Assembly: GCA_022827405.1 (NCBI GenBank)
Contig: JAJDTA010000212.1
Coordinates: 23,910 to 47,909, forward strand
Direction of reading: 5' to 3'
DNA from: Acidimicrobiia bacterium
GTDB taxonomy: Bacteria > Actinomycetota > Acidimicrobiia > Acidimicrobiales > Bin134
Length of the DNA stretch: 24,000 nt
The position numbers were made by a program, and so were the translations under genes. Under the pieces are notes generated by a model. That model was not told the origin of the DNA. It saw only the letters and a list, made by a program, of their open reading frames with translations, and did no database searches. Shown in pieces: positions 9,502 to 16,911 of the stretch (position 1 is its first letter; each line of letters begins with the position of its first letter).

Positions 9502-10299
9502 ATGAGTGATCCAGTTGTCGAACTGCTCGAAGCGGTGTGGGAGTCGATTGCCCGATTGGGCGCCGACTTAAGCGAAGAGCAGTGGAACACCCCCACCGAG
9601 TGCCCCGGCTGGTCGGTGCGCGACCAGGTGAGCCACATCACCGGCCTTGAGCGGATGTTGGCGGGAGAGAAGCCCGAGCCCCCCGCCACCGGGGGCGGCC
9701 TTGAGGGCATCGCCGCCTTCAACGAGGGCCAAATCGCGCCCCGGCGGTCACGGCCCGGCTCAGAGGTGCTGGCCGAGATGAGCGACATCTGCGCCCGGCG
9801 GCTGGAGATGCTGCGGGAATTGCCCGATGAGAAATGGGACGAGGTGGGCTTCACCCCCATCGGCGACGCCCCGTACCGGACGTTCATGCACATCAGGGTG
9901 TTCGACTGTTGGGCCCACGAGCAGGACATGCGCCGGGCGTTGGGCATTCCCGGTCACCTGAGCGGCCCAGTGGTCCGGCATTGCTTGGACTGGCATGCCC
10001 GCAACATGGGTTATGTGGTGGGCAAGAAGGCCGGCGCCCCCGAGGGCAGCACGGTGGTGTTCGCCATCGACGGCGACGCCGATGGCCCCCGAGGTGTAGC
10101 GGTGGCCGACGGCCGGGCCAAGCCCTCAGCACCGGCCGACAACCCCACCGTGGCGGTGCACACCGACGTGGACACCTACAACGCGCTGTGCTGTGGTCGG
10201 ACCGACCCGGCCGGTGCGCTGGCCGCCGGACTGGTGACCGTGGCCGGCGACAGTGATCTGGGCGAACGGGTGGTTTCGGCCCTGCCCTACGTGGCCTGA
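9502..10299 (+). CDS. DinB-like / mycothiol-dependent maleylpyruvate isomerase N-terminal domain family protein (TIGR03083-like)
   Basis: 265-aa ORF. The N-terminus reads ...LSEEQWNTPTECPGWSVRDQVSHI, which is characteristic of the actinobacterial MDMPI_N/DinB fold family. The C-terminal Ala/Gly-rich domain is SCP2-like. Confidence 0.8.
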   Translation: MSDPVVELLEAVWESIARLGADLSEEQWNTPTECPGWSVRDQVSHITGLERMLAGEKPEPPATGGGLEGIAAFNEGQIAPRRSRPGSEVLAEMSDICARRLEMLRELPDEKWDEVGFTPIGDAPYRTFMHIRVFDCWAHEQDMRRALGIPGHLSGPVVRHCLDWHARNMGYVVGKKAGAPEGSTVVFAIDGDADGPRGVAVADGRAKPSAPADNPTVAVHTDVDTYNALCCGRTDPAGALAAGLVTVAGDSDLGERVVSALPYVA

Positions 10300-10306
10300 A
10301 GGCGAA

Positions 10307-12157
10307 CTAGCCCCCGCCCATTCGGGCCTCTAGGGCAAGGGCCCGAGGGCTCACTGAGAGGTCGAAGTCGGTGCTGCCCAGCGTGCCCTCGTTCCACACC
10401 TCCCGGTCCACCAGCCAGTTGCCCCAACCCGAGAACCAGCCGTCGTGGTACGACTCGAACTGGGGGGCCCACCAGTCCCGCAGTGGCATTCGGGTGGTCT
10501 GATGGTCGGCCAGATCGGGAGCAGCTCCGGTGATGCCGCTCTCGGGGAGGGCGAGAACGAAATCAGCAGAGGTGTGTTGCGCCGAGGCGCGGTCGGTCCA
10601 CTGGCGCCCCTCGTAGTCGCGGAAGTACCACAGATTGGGCACCGAGATGGCGGTGTCCACCGCGACGGTCACCGGCCCCTCGCCCACGGAGGTGCTGTAC
10701 TCATTGAGCGCCTCGATGCGGTGCACAGTGTCGACGTAGTCATGGGTGGTGTGAACCTGGGTCAACAGCTCCCGGGGGTCGCGCTGGTTCACGTAGTTGG
10801 ATCTCCAGGAGACGAATAGCGTGCTGGCCAACAGCCCGGCCAGCACCGCCCAAACCGGAAGCATCCACGCCGTTCTCCTCGCCCGCCACAGCACCTGAAC
10901 GCCGTAGCCGGCCAGAAAGGCCATCGGCACCAGGATGTGCAGGGCCAGCCAGGGGAACCGCTCGCTGGCCCAGGAGTACGAGAACCAACTGGCCACCGCA
11001 GTCCACACCAGGAACTTGCCGACAAATGTGGGATTGCGGAACACGTGAACCGTGCCGATCACCGCCAGGATGCACACCAAGTACTCGTATAGCCCGATGG
11101 TGTACAGGTAGTAGTGCCACGGCTCGCTGCCCCGGTTGGTGTCCTGTTCGCCCCGCCAGTAGGTGATGCCCTCGGTGAAGCCGTCCAAAAAGCCCGCTGA
11201 ATTGGTGAAGAAGACGGTGAACCACAGGGCGAAGAAGAACAGGAAAACCGCGGCGGCCAGAGCCCACCCCCACCACGGCACGCGCCGAGCGGCCTGCACC
11301 ATCGGCAGACCCCAGATCTGGGCCGGGCTGGCCTGCATGAGGATGACCATCACCAAGAGCACCCCGTAGACGCCCAGGGTGACGAAGACCTCGGCCTCGT
11401 AGTAGGCGCTCACTCCGAAGGCGATGCCCATGGGCACCAGTCCGGCCGGCAGCATCCACGACCACCCGGCGAAGCCGCCGGGCCTGGGAGCGCGGTCCCC
11501 GCTGTTCTGTTGGGCGGCCTGCTCGGCCAACAGGGCCAAGAAGAACCCCCCGAAAATGAACACGACAATGAACGTGGTCTCTTTGACCGCGAAGCCCGCG
11601 GCCAGCAAGAAGCCCAACAGCGCGGGCAACAAGAGCCGAGGGCGGTCCAAAAGCCGGACGATCACCACCATCATCGCCAGCGTGATGAACGCGGTCAGCG
11701 AGTCTTCCCGGCCCAGTCGGGTCATGTAGAGGGCGATGGGGCTGAACGCCAGCACCGCCGAAGCGGTTACGGTCACCGCCGGGCCGAGCGACCGGCGCAG
11801 GAACCACGGCAACACAATCAGCCCTACCCCGGCCAAAACAGCCACCATGCGGGCGGTGGTGTGCGACTCCCCGAACACCCAAAAGAACGCAGCCGTCAGA
11901 TAAAAGCGCAGCGGCCCGTGGTACACCGGGTCGTACCCCTCGAAGGTGCCCTCCAGGAACTGCCATGAGTACCAGGCATCGATGCTCTCGTCATGGTGCA
12001 GGGGACGCTCGGCCAATTCCACGAGGCGTAGCACCAGCCCGGCCACCGCCATCGCCCCTACGGCAATGGCCAGCGCCGTCTCCGGGCGACGGCGCCAGAA
12101 CTCCAATGGACTCCAACCCTCCAGGGGAACTCCTCGCTCGCGGGTCATGGCTCGCAT
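10307..12157 (-). CDS. TIGR03663-family polytopic membrane protein (GT-C / PMT-like; 'Agl23-like')
   Basis: 616-aa ORF with more than 10 hydrophobic spans and a soluble C-terminal ~170 aa. The N-terminal loop carries RPLHHDESIDAW (DE) and VYHGPLRFY (HGP). As I recall them, these are the invariant residues named in the TIGR03663 definition. The start lies 3 nt after the stop of the upstream membrane-protein gene. Confidence 0.8.
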   Translation of the reverse strand: MRAMTRERGVPLEGWSPLEFWRRRPETALAIAVGAMAVAGLVLRLVELAERPLHHDESIDAWYSWQFLEGTFEGYDPVYHGPLRFYLTAAFFWVFGESHTTARMVAVLAGVGLIVLPWFLRRSLGPAVTVTASAVLAFSPIALYMTRLGREDSLTAFITLAMMVVIVRLLDRPRLLLPALLGFLLAAGFAVKETTFIVVFIFGGFFLALLAEQAAQQNSGDRAPRPGGFAGWSWMLPAGLVPMGIAFGVSAYYEAEVFVTLGVYGVLLVMVILMQASPAQIWGLPMVQAARRVPWWGWALAAAVFLFFFALWFTVFFTNSAGFLDGFTEGITYWRGEQDTNRGSEPWHYYLYTIGLYEYLVCILAVIGTVHVFRNPTFVGKFLVWTAVASWFSYSWASERFPWLALHILVPMAFLAGYGVQVLWRARRTAWMLPVWAVLAGLLASTLFVSWRSNYVNQRDPRELLTQVHTTHDYVDTVHRIEALNEYSTSVGEGPVTVAVDTAISVPNLWYFRDYEGRQWTDRASAQHTSADFVLALPESGITGAAPDLADHQTTRMPLRDWWAPQFESYHDGWFSGWGNWLVDREVWNEGTLGSTDFDLSVSPRALALEARMGGG

Positions 12158-12160
12158 GGC

Positions 12161-14083
12161 TCAGTTCACTTCGTAGACGGTGTAGGCGCCCTGGGCAAAG
12201 GCCGGGGTTCCCCGGGCCGCCCAGAACTGCTCGCTGACCCCGACCCGGCGCTCGATCGGCCCAACCACCACGTAATCCACCCCGTAGGCATTCAACAGTT
12301 CCTCGGTGCCCTCGGCGCCGCTCAGCATGGTACGGGCCTGCTGGTGACGGGTTGGCCAATCGGTGACGCCGAGGTCGTTTATCCAGCCGGCGAATCCCAC
12401 CACTGTCTGCCGCCCGCTGAGCGCCGGCACGGGGTGGGTGTGCTCGAAGCCGATCAGAAACACGCTGTCGGGCGGAGTCTCATCTCGGGCCCACTCCCCG
12501 GCGGCCACCCCGTCGCCCGAGGCAATGGGGTGGGGCCACACGTTCACTTTGGGGTCGACTGCCTTCCAGACATCCAGCGCACCGGCGAAGGTAAGGGTGA
12601 AGAACAGCGCTACCGCGGCCACCACCCCCAGCCACCCGATGGAGGCCAATCTCACCAGCACCGCGGCCACCAGCAGCGACCCCAACAGGATTACCGGGAC
12701 GAACCAGTGGGTGTTGTTCCACGGATGCGACGGGGCCACCCGCACGAAGTTGGGCACGATAAGCCACAGCCACACCGGGATCGAACCCCACAGCACAACT
12801 CGGGGCAGCGTGCCCTGCCACACCTGAGCAGCCAGCATCAGCAGCAGGAACACCCCGGCGTTGCGCCACCAGAAGGTGAGCGGGTTGTCCTGCCAGGCGG
12901 AGTAGGAGGGGGGCTGCATCCAGGGGCCGTTCACCCAGGTCTCCCACACGATCTCGGTGTTGAGCGGCTCGATCCACAGGGCCGCGGGCAGCGCGAACAC
13001 CAGGGCTGGTAGCGCGAACAGAATCCACTGCCAGCGGCGGTCGAGCACCGCCCAGATCAAGCCCAGCCCCAACGCCACCCCGAAGGAGTACACGTGGAAT
13101 ATCGGCATCAGCCCGACGATCACCCCGGCGGCGGCGAACAGGCGGCGCGATCCCGATTTGTGGGCCTCCCGCAGAAGCACGACCACAATCAGCAGCAGGG
13201 AGAACCCGGCCAGGGTCGGCCGCTGGGGGAACAGATTCCCGGTGACCGCGTTCTCCATCAAGATGTTGCCCGCGTGGTGGCGGGTGTAGTCGGTGGGCAG
13301 GTTCCAGATGACGCCCCAACCGCCCTCAGCCCGATCGTGAAAGAAGCGGAGCCATCCCAGCCCGCCGAACAGGGTGAACACCAGCACCACAGCCACCCCC
13401 ACCGCCCGGCTGGAGAACAGCCTCACCCCCACCAGGTACAGAACAGGCACGAAGGCAAACGCCAGGTATCCCGACGACACCTCCAATCCGCCGAAGGCAC
13501 TCAAGCCAGCCCGGTCGAGCATGGCGGCGAAGAAGTCGATGCCGAAGTGATAGGGCAGCCGGTCGACGCCGAAGGCGGTGGGCAGCTCGGGTGGGAAGTT
13601 CTCGGCATGGGCGAACGACGAGGCATAGGTCAGATGGGCCTGCCAGTCGGTCCACGACGAGAGGTGGCCGGCCCGCACGCCCCCTGAGCCGTCGGGCAGG
13701 TAGGCCTGGTTCAAGATCCAAGCGGTGATCGCCCAGGCCGGGGCGGTCAGCATGAGAAGGGGCGCCGGGTTCTCCGAGCGGGAGATGGGCCGCATCAGCC
13801 GGCGTCGGAAATCCCGGCACTCGGCGCCGATTTGCCGGATGCCCGTGTACCAACCGATGGCAGAGACCGCGGTGGCCACCAAGGCTGCTGCCACGATCAC
13901 CGGTCCGCTCAACCGGCCGACAGCCCAGGCCGCGGCATAGCCCACCAGGGTGATGGCCATGAATCCGACCACCGCGCCGTAGGCCACCCGCTCCTCGATG
14001 CGGAGCTTCAATCCCGTCAGGTAGGTGAGCCCGATGCCGATGAGCACGCAGTCGGCCAGCAGCAACGCCACCCACAGCTTCAT
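12161..14083 (-). CDS. Large polytopic membrane protein with C-terminal extracytoplasmic domain (GT-C-like, function unknown)
   Basis: 640-aa ORF with ATG at 14083 and more than 12 hydrophobic spans. A loop reads FPPELPTAFGVDRLPYHFGIDFF. The C-terminal soluble tail (...LLNAYGVDYVVVGPIERR...) resembles the tails of DUF2298/PMT_2-type proteins. Family assignment is not secure. Confidence 0.7.
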   Translation of the reverse strand: MKLWVALLLADCVLIGIGLTYLTGLKLRIEERVAYGAVVGFMAITLVGYAAAWAVGRLSGPVIVAAALVATAVSAIGWYTGIRQIGAECRDFRRRLMRPISRSENPAPLLMLTAPAWAITAWILNQAYLPDGSGGVRAGHLSSWTDWQAHLTYASSFAHAENFPPELPTAFGVDRLPYHFGIDFFAAMLDRAGLSAFGGLEVSSGYLAFAFVPVLYLVGVRLFSSRAVGVAVVLVFTLFGGLGWLRFFHDRAEGGWGVIWNLPTDYTRHHAGNILMENAVTGNLFPQRPTLAGFSLLLIVVVLLREAHKSGSRRLFAAAGVIVGLMPIFHVYSFGVALGLGLIWAVLDRRWQWILFALPALVFALPAALWIEPLNTEIVWETWVNGPWMQPPSYSAWQDNPLTFWWRNAGVFLLLMLAAQVWQGTLPRVVLWGSIPVWLWLIVPNFVRVAPSHPWNNTHWFVPVILLGSLLVAAVLVRLASIGWLGVVAAVALFFTLTFAGALDVWKAVDPKVNVWPHPIASGDGVAAGEWARDETPPDSVFLIGFEHTHPVPALSGRQTVVGFAGWINDLGVTDWPTRHQQARTMLSGAEGTEELLNAYGVDYVVVGPIERRVGVSEQFWAARGTPAFAQGAYTVYEVN

Positions 14084-14095
14084 TGGCTCACGAAG

Positions 14096-14998
14096 CTAGT
14101 TCGCAGGGAGCCACCGGCCGCAGTAGTCCCGGGGCCAAGGCTGGTCGCCCCTTCGGGCGTAGAGCAGGCGAGCTCGGGCATCTTGCTCTTCGGGCGGGGC
14201 GTGGGCCGGATTGCCGGTGCCGCCCACGGTCCTCCACGTTCGGGGTTCGAACTGGTACGCGCCGTAGAAGAGGCCGTTGGCGCTTTCGGCGGTGTAGTTG
14301 TTGGTGGACTCGCAAAAGCGGAGGTTGTACCAATGCCGCTCGGTGGGTGGGATAAACCCGTTCTGGGCCATCTCGCGGTCGGCCATGTCGTTGATCTCCG
14401 CGATGTACACCACCCACTCGGCCGCTTCCACCGACTGATTCGCATCGAACAGGCGGCTGTTCAGATAGGGGATGGTGTCGTTGAGCCGCCCAATTCGGGC
14501 CCCGGTTCGATCCCGCTCGCCCGATACATCGTCCACCGCGTCCAAGGCCTCATCTACGAGTTCGGAGATCTCTGACAATAGCGCTTTCCGCCACAGGGCA
14601 TCGGTGGCCTCTGACACCCCCAGAATGAAGGCAAAGTCCTCGACGTCGCCCCCCGATATGTACTCCTGCACGACCAATCGCTCGGCCTCCTCCATGAGGA
14701 GCTGCTGGCCGGTATCGGTGTTGTGGAGTTTGTCAAGCCGGGCTAATTCGAGGTGGAGTTCGTCCATCGTGCGGTCCATGGCCATCTGAACGGACTCGCG
14801 GGCCCCCAGGGCCGATTCCAAGTCCTGTTGGGCCCGGTCCAGATCACGCCACGCTGGTATCGCCGACTCGACCGTGACCGGCTGGGCGGCGTCGCCACCG
14901 CTGTCGGACTGTCCGAGCGCGACTCCGCCGGCGGCCACCAAGGAGGCGACCACCACTACAAAAAGAACCGTCAAGCGACTGCGTTCTCGAGCCCGCAA
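14096..14998 (-). CDS. Secreted/anchored coiled-coil protein with C-terminal Rpf-type transglycosylase-like domain
   Basis: 300-aa ORF with a TTG start at 14998 (start uncertain). The N-terminal hydrophobic segment is LTVLFVVVVASLVAAGGVALG. The central region is rich in E/L/A/D and looks like a coiled coil. The C-terminus WYNLRFCESTNNYTAESANGLFYGAYQFEPRTWRTVGG matches the W..CES..N...NG.YG..QF...TW core of resuscitation-promoting-factor domains. Confidence 0.8.
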   Translation of the reverse strand: MRARERSRLTVLFVVVVASLVAAGGVALGQSDSGGDAAQPVTVESAIPAWRDLDRAQQDLESALGARESVQMAMDRTMDELHLELARLDKLHNTDTGQQLLMEEAERLVVQEYISGGDVEDFAFILGVSEATDALWRKALLSEISELVDEALDAVDDVSGERDRTGARIGRLNDTIPYLNSRLFDANQSVEAAEWVVYIAEINDMADREMAQNGFIPPTERHWYNLRFCESTNNYTAESANGLFYGAYQFEPRTWRTVGGTGNPAHAPPEEQDARARLLYARRGDQPWPRDYCGRWLPAN

Positions 14999-15093
14999 AC
15001 CCTCTCCCCAGTTCGGCTACCCTCGAAACGGGTTTACCGCACTATCGCATTGGGCGGCAAAACCCCCTACTCGCCCCCAAAAGCCTACCGACC

Positions 15094-16092
15094 ATGCCCA
15101 CTACCCCTTCAAACGACCCTGGCCCTTCAAACGACCTTGGCCCACCCGGAGCCGCCGCCGACATCGACGCGATCCTGATCGTCTCCTTCGGAGGCCCCGA
15201 GGGGCCCGACGACGTGATGCCGTTTCTGCGCAACGTGACCCGGGGACGGGGCATCGGTGACGAGCGATTGGCTGCGGTGGCCGAGCACTACCACCTGTTC
15301 GGCGGGGTCAGCCCCATCAACCAGTGCAACCGCGACTTGATCTCCGCCTTGGCCGATGAGCTGGCCAGGCGCGGGGTAAAACTCCCGGTGTACTGGGGTA
15401 ACCGGAACTGGTCGCCCATGCTGGGCGACACGGTGGCCCAGATGCGCGACGACGGCATCTCCCAGGCGGTGGGATTCGTAACTTCGGCGTTCGGCTCATA
15501 CTCGGGCTGCCGCCAATACTCCGAAGACATTGAACAGGCTCGGGCCGCGGTCGGCCCCGACGCGCCAGTGGTGTACAAGCTGCCTCCGTTCTGGGACCAG
15601 GAGGGCTTCATGTCGGCCATGGCCGACTTTCTGGCCGCGGCCTGCCAGACCGACCCGACCGCCCCGGTGTTGTTCACCGCCCACAGCATTCCCGACACCA
15701 TGGCGGCCACCGCCCCCTACATCGCCCAGCTCAACGAGGCCTGCCTCCGGGTGGCGGCCCGCGCCGGAACGAGCCAATGGTCGCTGGCCTATCAGAGCCG
15801 CAGCGGCCCGCCCCACGTTCCCTGGCTCGAACCGGACGTCGGCAGCGAGTTGGATCGGCTGGCCGCGGGCGGAGCCGACGCGGTGATCGTGGTGCCGATC
15901 GGCTTCGTGGCCGACCACATGGAGGTGGTCTACGACCTCGACATCGAGGCCCGCCAGCACGCCGACATGCTCGGACTGCGATTCACCCGTGTCCCCACCG
16001 TCGGCACCCACCCCGCGTTCGTCGAGATGATCGCCAAACTTGTGCTGGGCCCTGCGCCGGTGGCCTGCCCCGCCGACTGCTGCCTGCGGTAA
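15094..16092 (+). CDS. hemH: Ferrochelatase (coproporphyrin ferrochelatase type)
   Basis: 332-aa ORF. Motifs present are ILIVSFGGPEGPDDVMPFLRNV, SPINQ, FTAHSIP (catalytic His) and PIGFVADHMEVVYDLD. No alternative in-frame start lies between 15094 and the conserved core. Confidence 0.92.
   Translation: MPTTPSNDPGPSNDLGPPGAAADIDAILIVSFGGPEGPDDVMPFLRNVTRGRGIGDERLAAVAEHYHLFGGVSPINQCNRDLISALADELARRGVKLPVYWGNRNWSPMLGDTVAQMRDDGISQAVGFVTSAFGSYSGCRQYSEDIEQARAAVGPDAPVVYKLPPFWDQEGFMSAMADFLAAACQTDPTAPVLFTAHSIPDTMAATAPYIAQLNEACLRVAARAGTSQWSLAYQSRSGPPHVPWLEPDVGSELDRLAAGGADAVIVVPIGFVADHMEVVYDLDIEARQHADMLGLRFTRVPTVGTHPAFVEMIAKLVLGPAPVACPADCCLR
15105..15140 (+). repeat. 18-bp tandem direct repeat (2 copies + 3 nt) inside hemH 5' end
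   Basis: cccttcaaacgaccctgg (15105-15122) and cccttcaaacgaccttgg (15123-15140) are 17/18 identical. The repeat is in frame and encodes PSNDPG/PSNDLG. Confidence 0.9.
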
Positions 16093-16118
16093 GTAGAGCT
16101 ACTCGCGAGAACCGATCT
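16084..16118. repeat. 35-bp perfect direct repeat, copy 1 (contains hemH stop codon)
   Basis: ctgcggtaagtagagctactcgcgagaaccgatct is identical to 16149-16183. It includes hemH ...CLR-TAA (16084-16092). Confidence 0.95.
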
Positions 16119-16148
16119 GGGCAGGCCCGCCTTCTCCAAGACCAGGAT

Positions 16149-16183
16149 CTGCGGTAAGTAGAGCTACTCGCGAGAACCGATCT
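16149..16183. repeat. 35-bp perfect direct repeat, copy 2 (contains AIM24-family gene 3' end)
   Basis: Identical 35-mer located 65 bp downstream of copy 1. On the minus strand it encodes the last residues ...EIGSRE-TAG of the 16164..16847 gene. Confidence 0.95.
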
Positions 16184-16847
16184 CGGTATTGATCCAGGCG
16201 ATGAGCTGGGCCTGGTTGCGGGTCTGGGTCAAAATGTCGCCGGGGCCGCTGAAGTGGAACACAAAGCCCTCGCCCGACTTCATCGACTGGATCGAGCGGC
16301 CCTCCACAGCCCGGCGGAGTTCGTAGCTCACGGTGTCGGGGAAGGCCAGCATGTGGCTGGTGTCCACCACCACCGTCTCGCCCGCGGCCAGCGAAATCAC
16401 GTCGATGGCCCCGTAAGAGGCCACCACCACGTTGCCGGTGCCGGTGGCGTGGGCCATGAACCCACCTTCGCCGCCGACCAGCGACTTGAAGCCGCTCCAC
16501 TTGGTGTCCATCACTACCGAGGCGTCGGAGGCCAGCCAGTTGCCTCGCTCGATGATCCATGATTGCGAGCCGTCCAACTCGATCACCCGGAGGTCGCCGG
16601 GCAATTTGGCGGCCACATCCACCCAGCCGCCCTCGGCGGGAGCGGTGTAGGTGGACACGAACAGCGATTCTCCGCCCAAAACGCTCCGCTTGAGCCCCTT
16701 GAGCATGCCGCCCTCCACCTTGGCCTCCAGCGACATCCCAGAGGAATGGGCCGACATGGCGCCCGCCTCGACCTTGACTTGCTCGCCCCCGCCCAGGGCG
16801 CACCGGGCGACCGCGAAGCTGGGGGCATGACGAATCTCTACCTGCAT
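16164..16847 (-). CDS. AIM24 / TIGR00266 (DUF124) family protein
   Basis: MQVEIRHAPSFAVARCAL...VKVEAGAMSAH...GGESLFVSTY...GGEGGFMAHATGTGNVVVASYGAI is the typical AIM24-family pattern. ATG at 16847 is preferred. An alternative start lies 6 codons upstream at 16865. Confidence 0.85.
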   Translation of the reverse strand: MQVEIRHAPSFAVARCALGGGEQVKVEAGAMSAHSSGMSLEAKVEGGMLKGLKRSVLGGESLFVSTYTAPAEGGWVDVAAKLPGDLRVIELDGSQSWIIERGNWLASDASVVMDTKWSGFKSLVGGEGGFMAHATGTGNVVVASYGAIDVISLAAGETVVVDTSHMLAFPDTVSYELRRAVEGRSIQSMKSGEGFVFHFSGPGDILTQTRNQAQLIAWINTEIGSRE

Positions 16848-16911
16848 GGGTGGGAGCCTACCCACCGTCTTCCGCCAACTGGTGGCGGTCTTGGGGGATT
16901 TCTATTGGCCG

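Noticed and set aside
10740-14075. Several 250-400-aa alternative-frame minus-strand ORFs (10740..11966, 12480..13319, 13326..14075) inside the two membrane-protein genes
   Set aside because: They are same-strand out-of-frame shadows rich in Arg/Gly/Pro. The annotated frames give coherent transmembrane helices and conserved motifs.
14244-14251. tRNA T-loop-like GGTTCGAA motif (a second one, GGTTCGATCC, at 14504-14513)
   Set aside because: The flanking bases cannot form a 5-bp T-stem or an acceptor stem. Both lie inside the Rpf-like CDS.
16084-16183. Mini CRISPR array (35-bp repeat, 30-bp spacer, 35-bp repeat)
   Set aside because: There are only two repeat copies. Both overlap the 3' ends of bona fide protein genes. 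The window has no leader and no cas genes.
16099-16803. 234-aa minus-strand ORF ending in repeat copy 1
   Set aside because: It is an alternative frame of the AIM24-family gene, with Arg/Gly-rich nonsense composition. It acquires the EIGSRE-like end only because of the 35-bp duplication.
16849-16866. Hairpin GGTGGG-agccta-CCCACC between the acyl-CoA synthetase stop and the AIM24-family start, considered as a terminator
   Set aside because: No U-tract follows it on the transcribed (minus) strand, and it abuts the downstream ATG. It may influence translation initiation, but an intrinsic-terminator call is unsupported.
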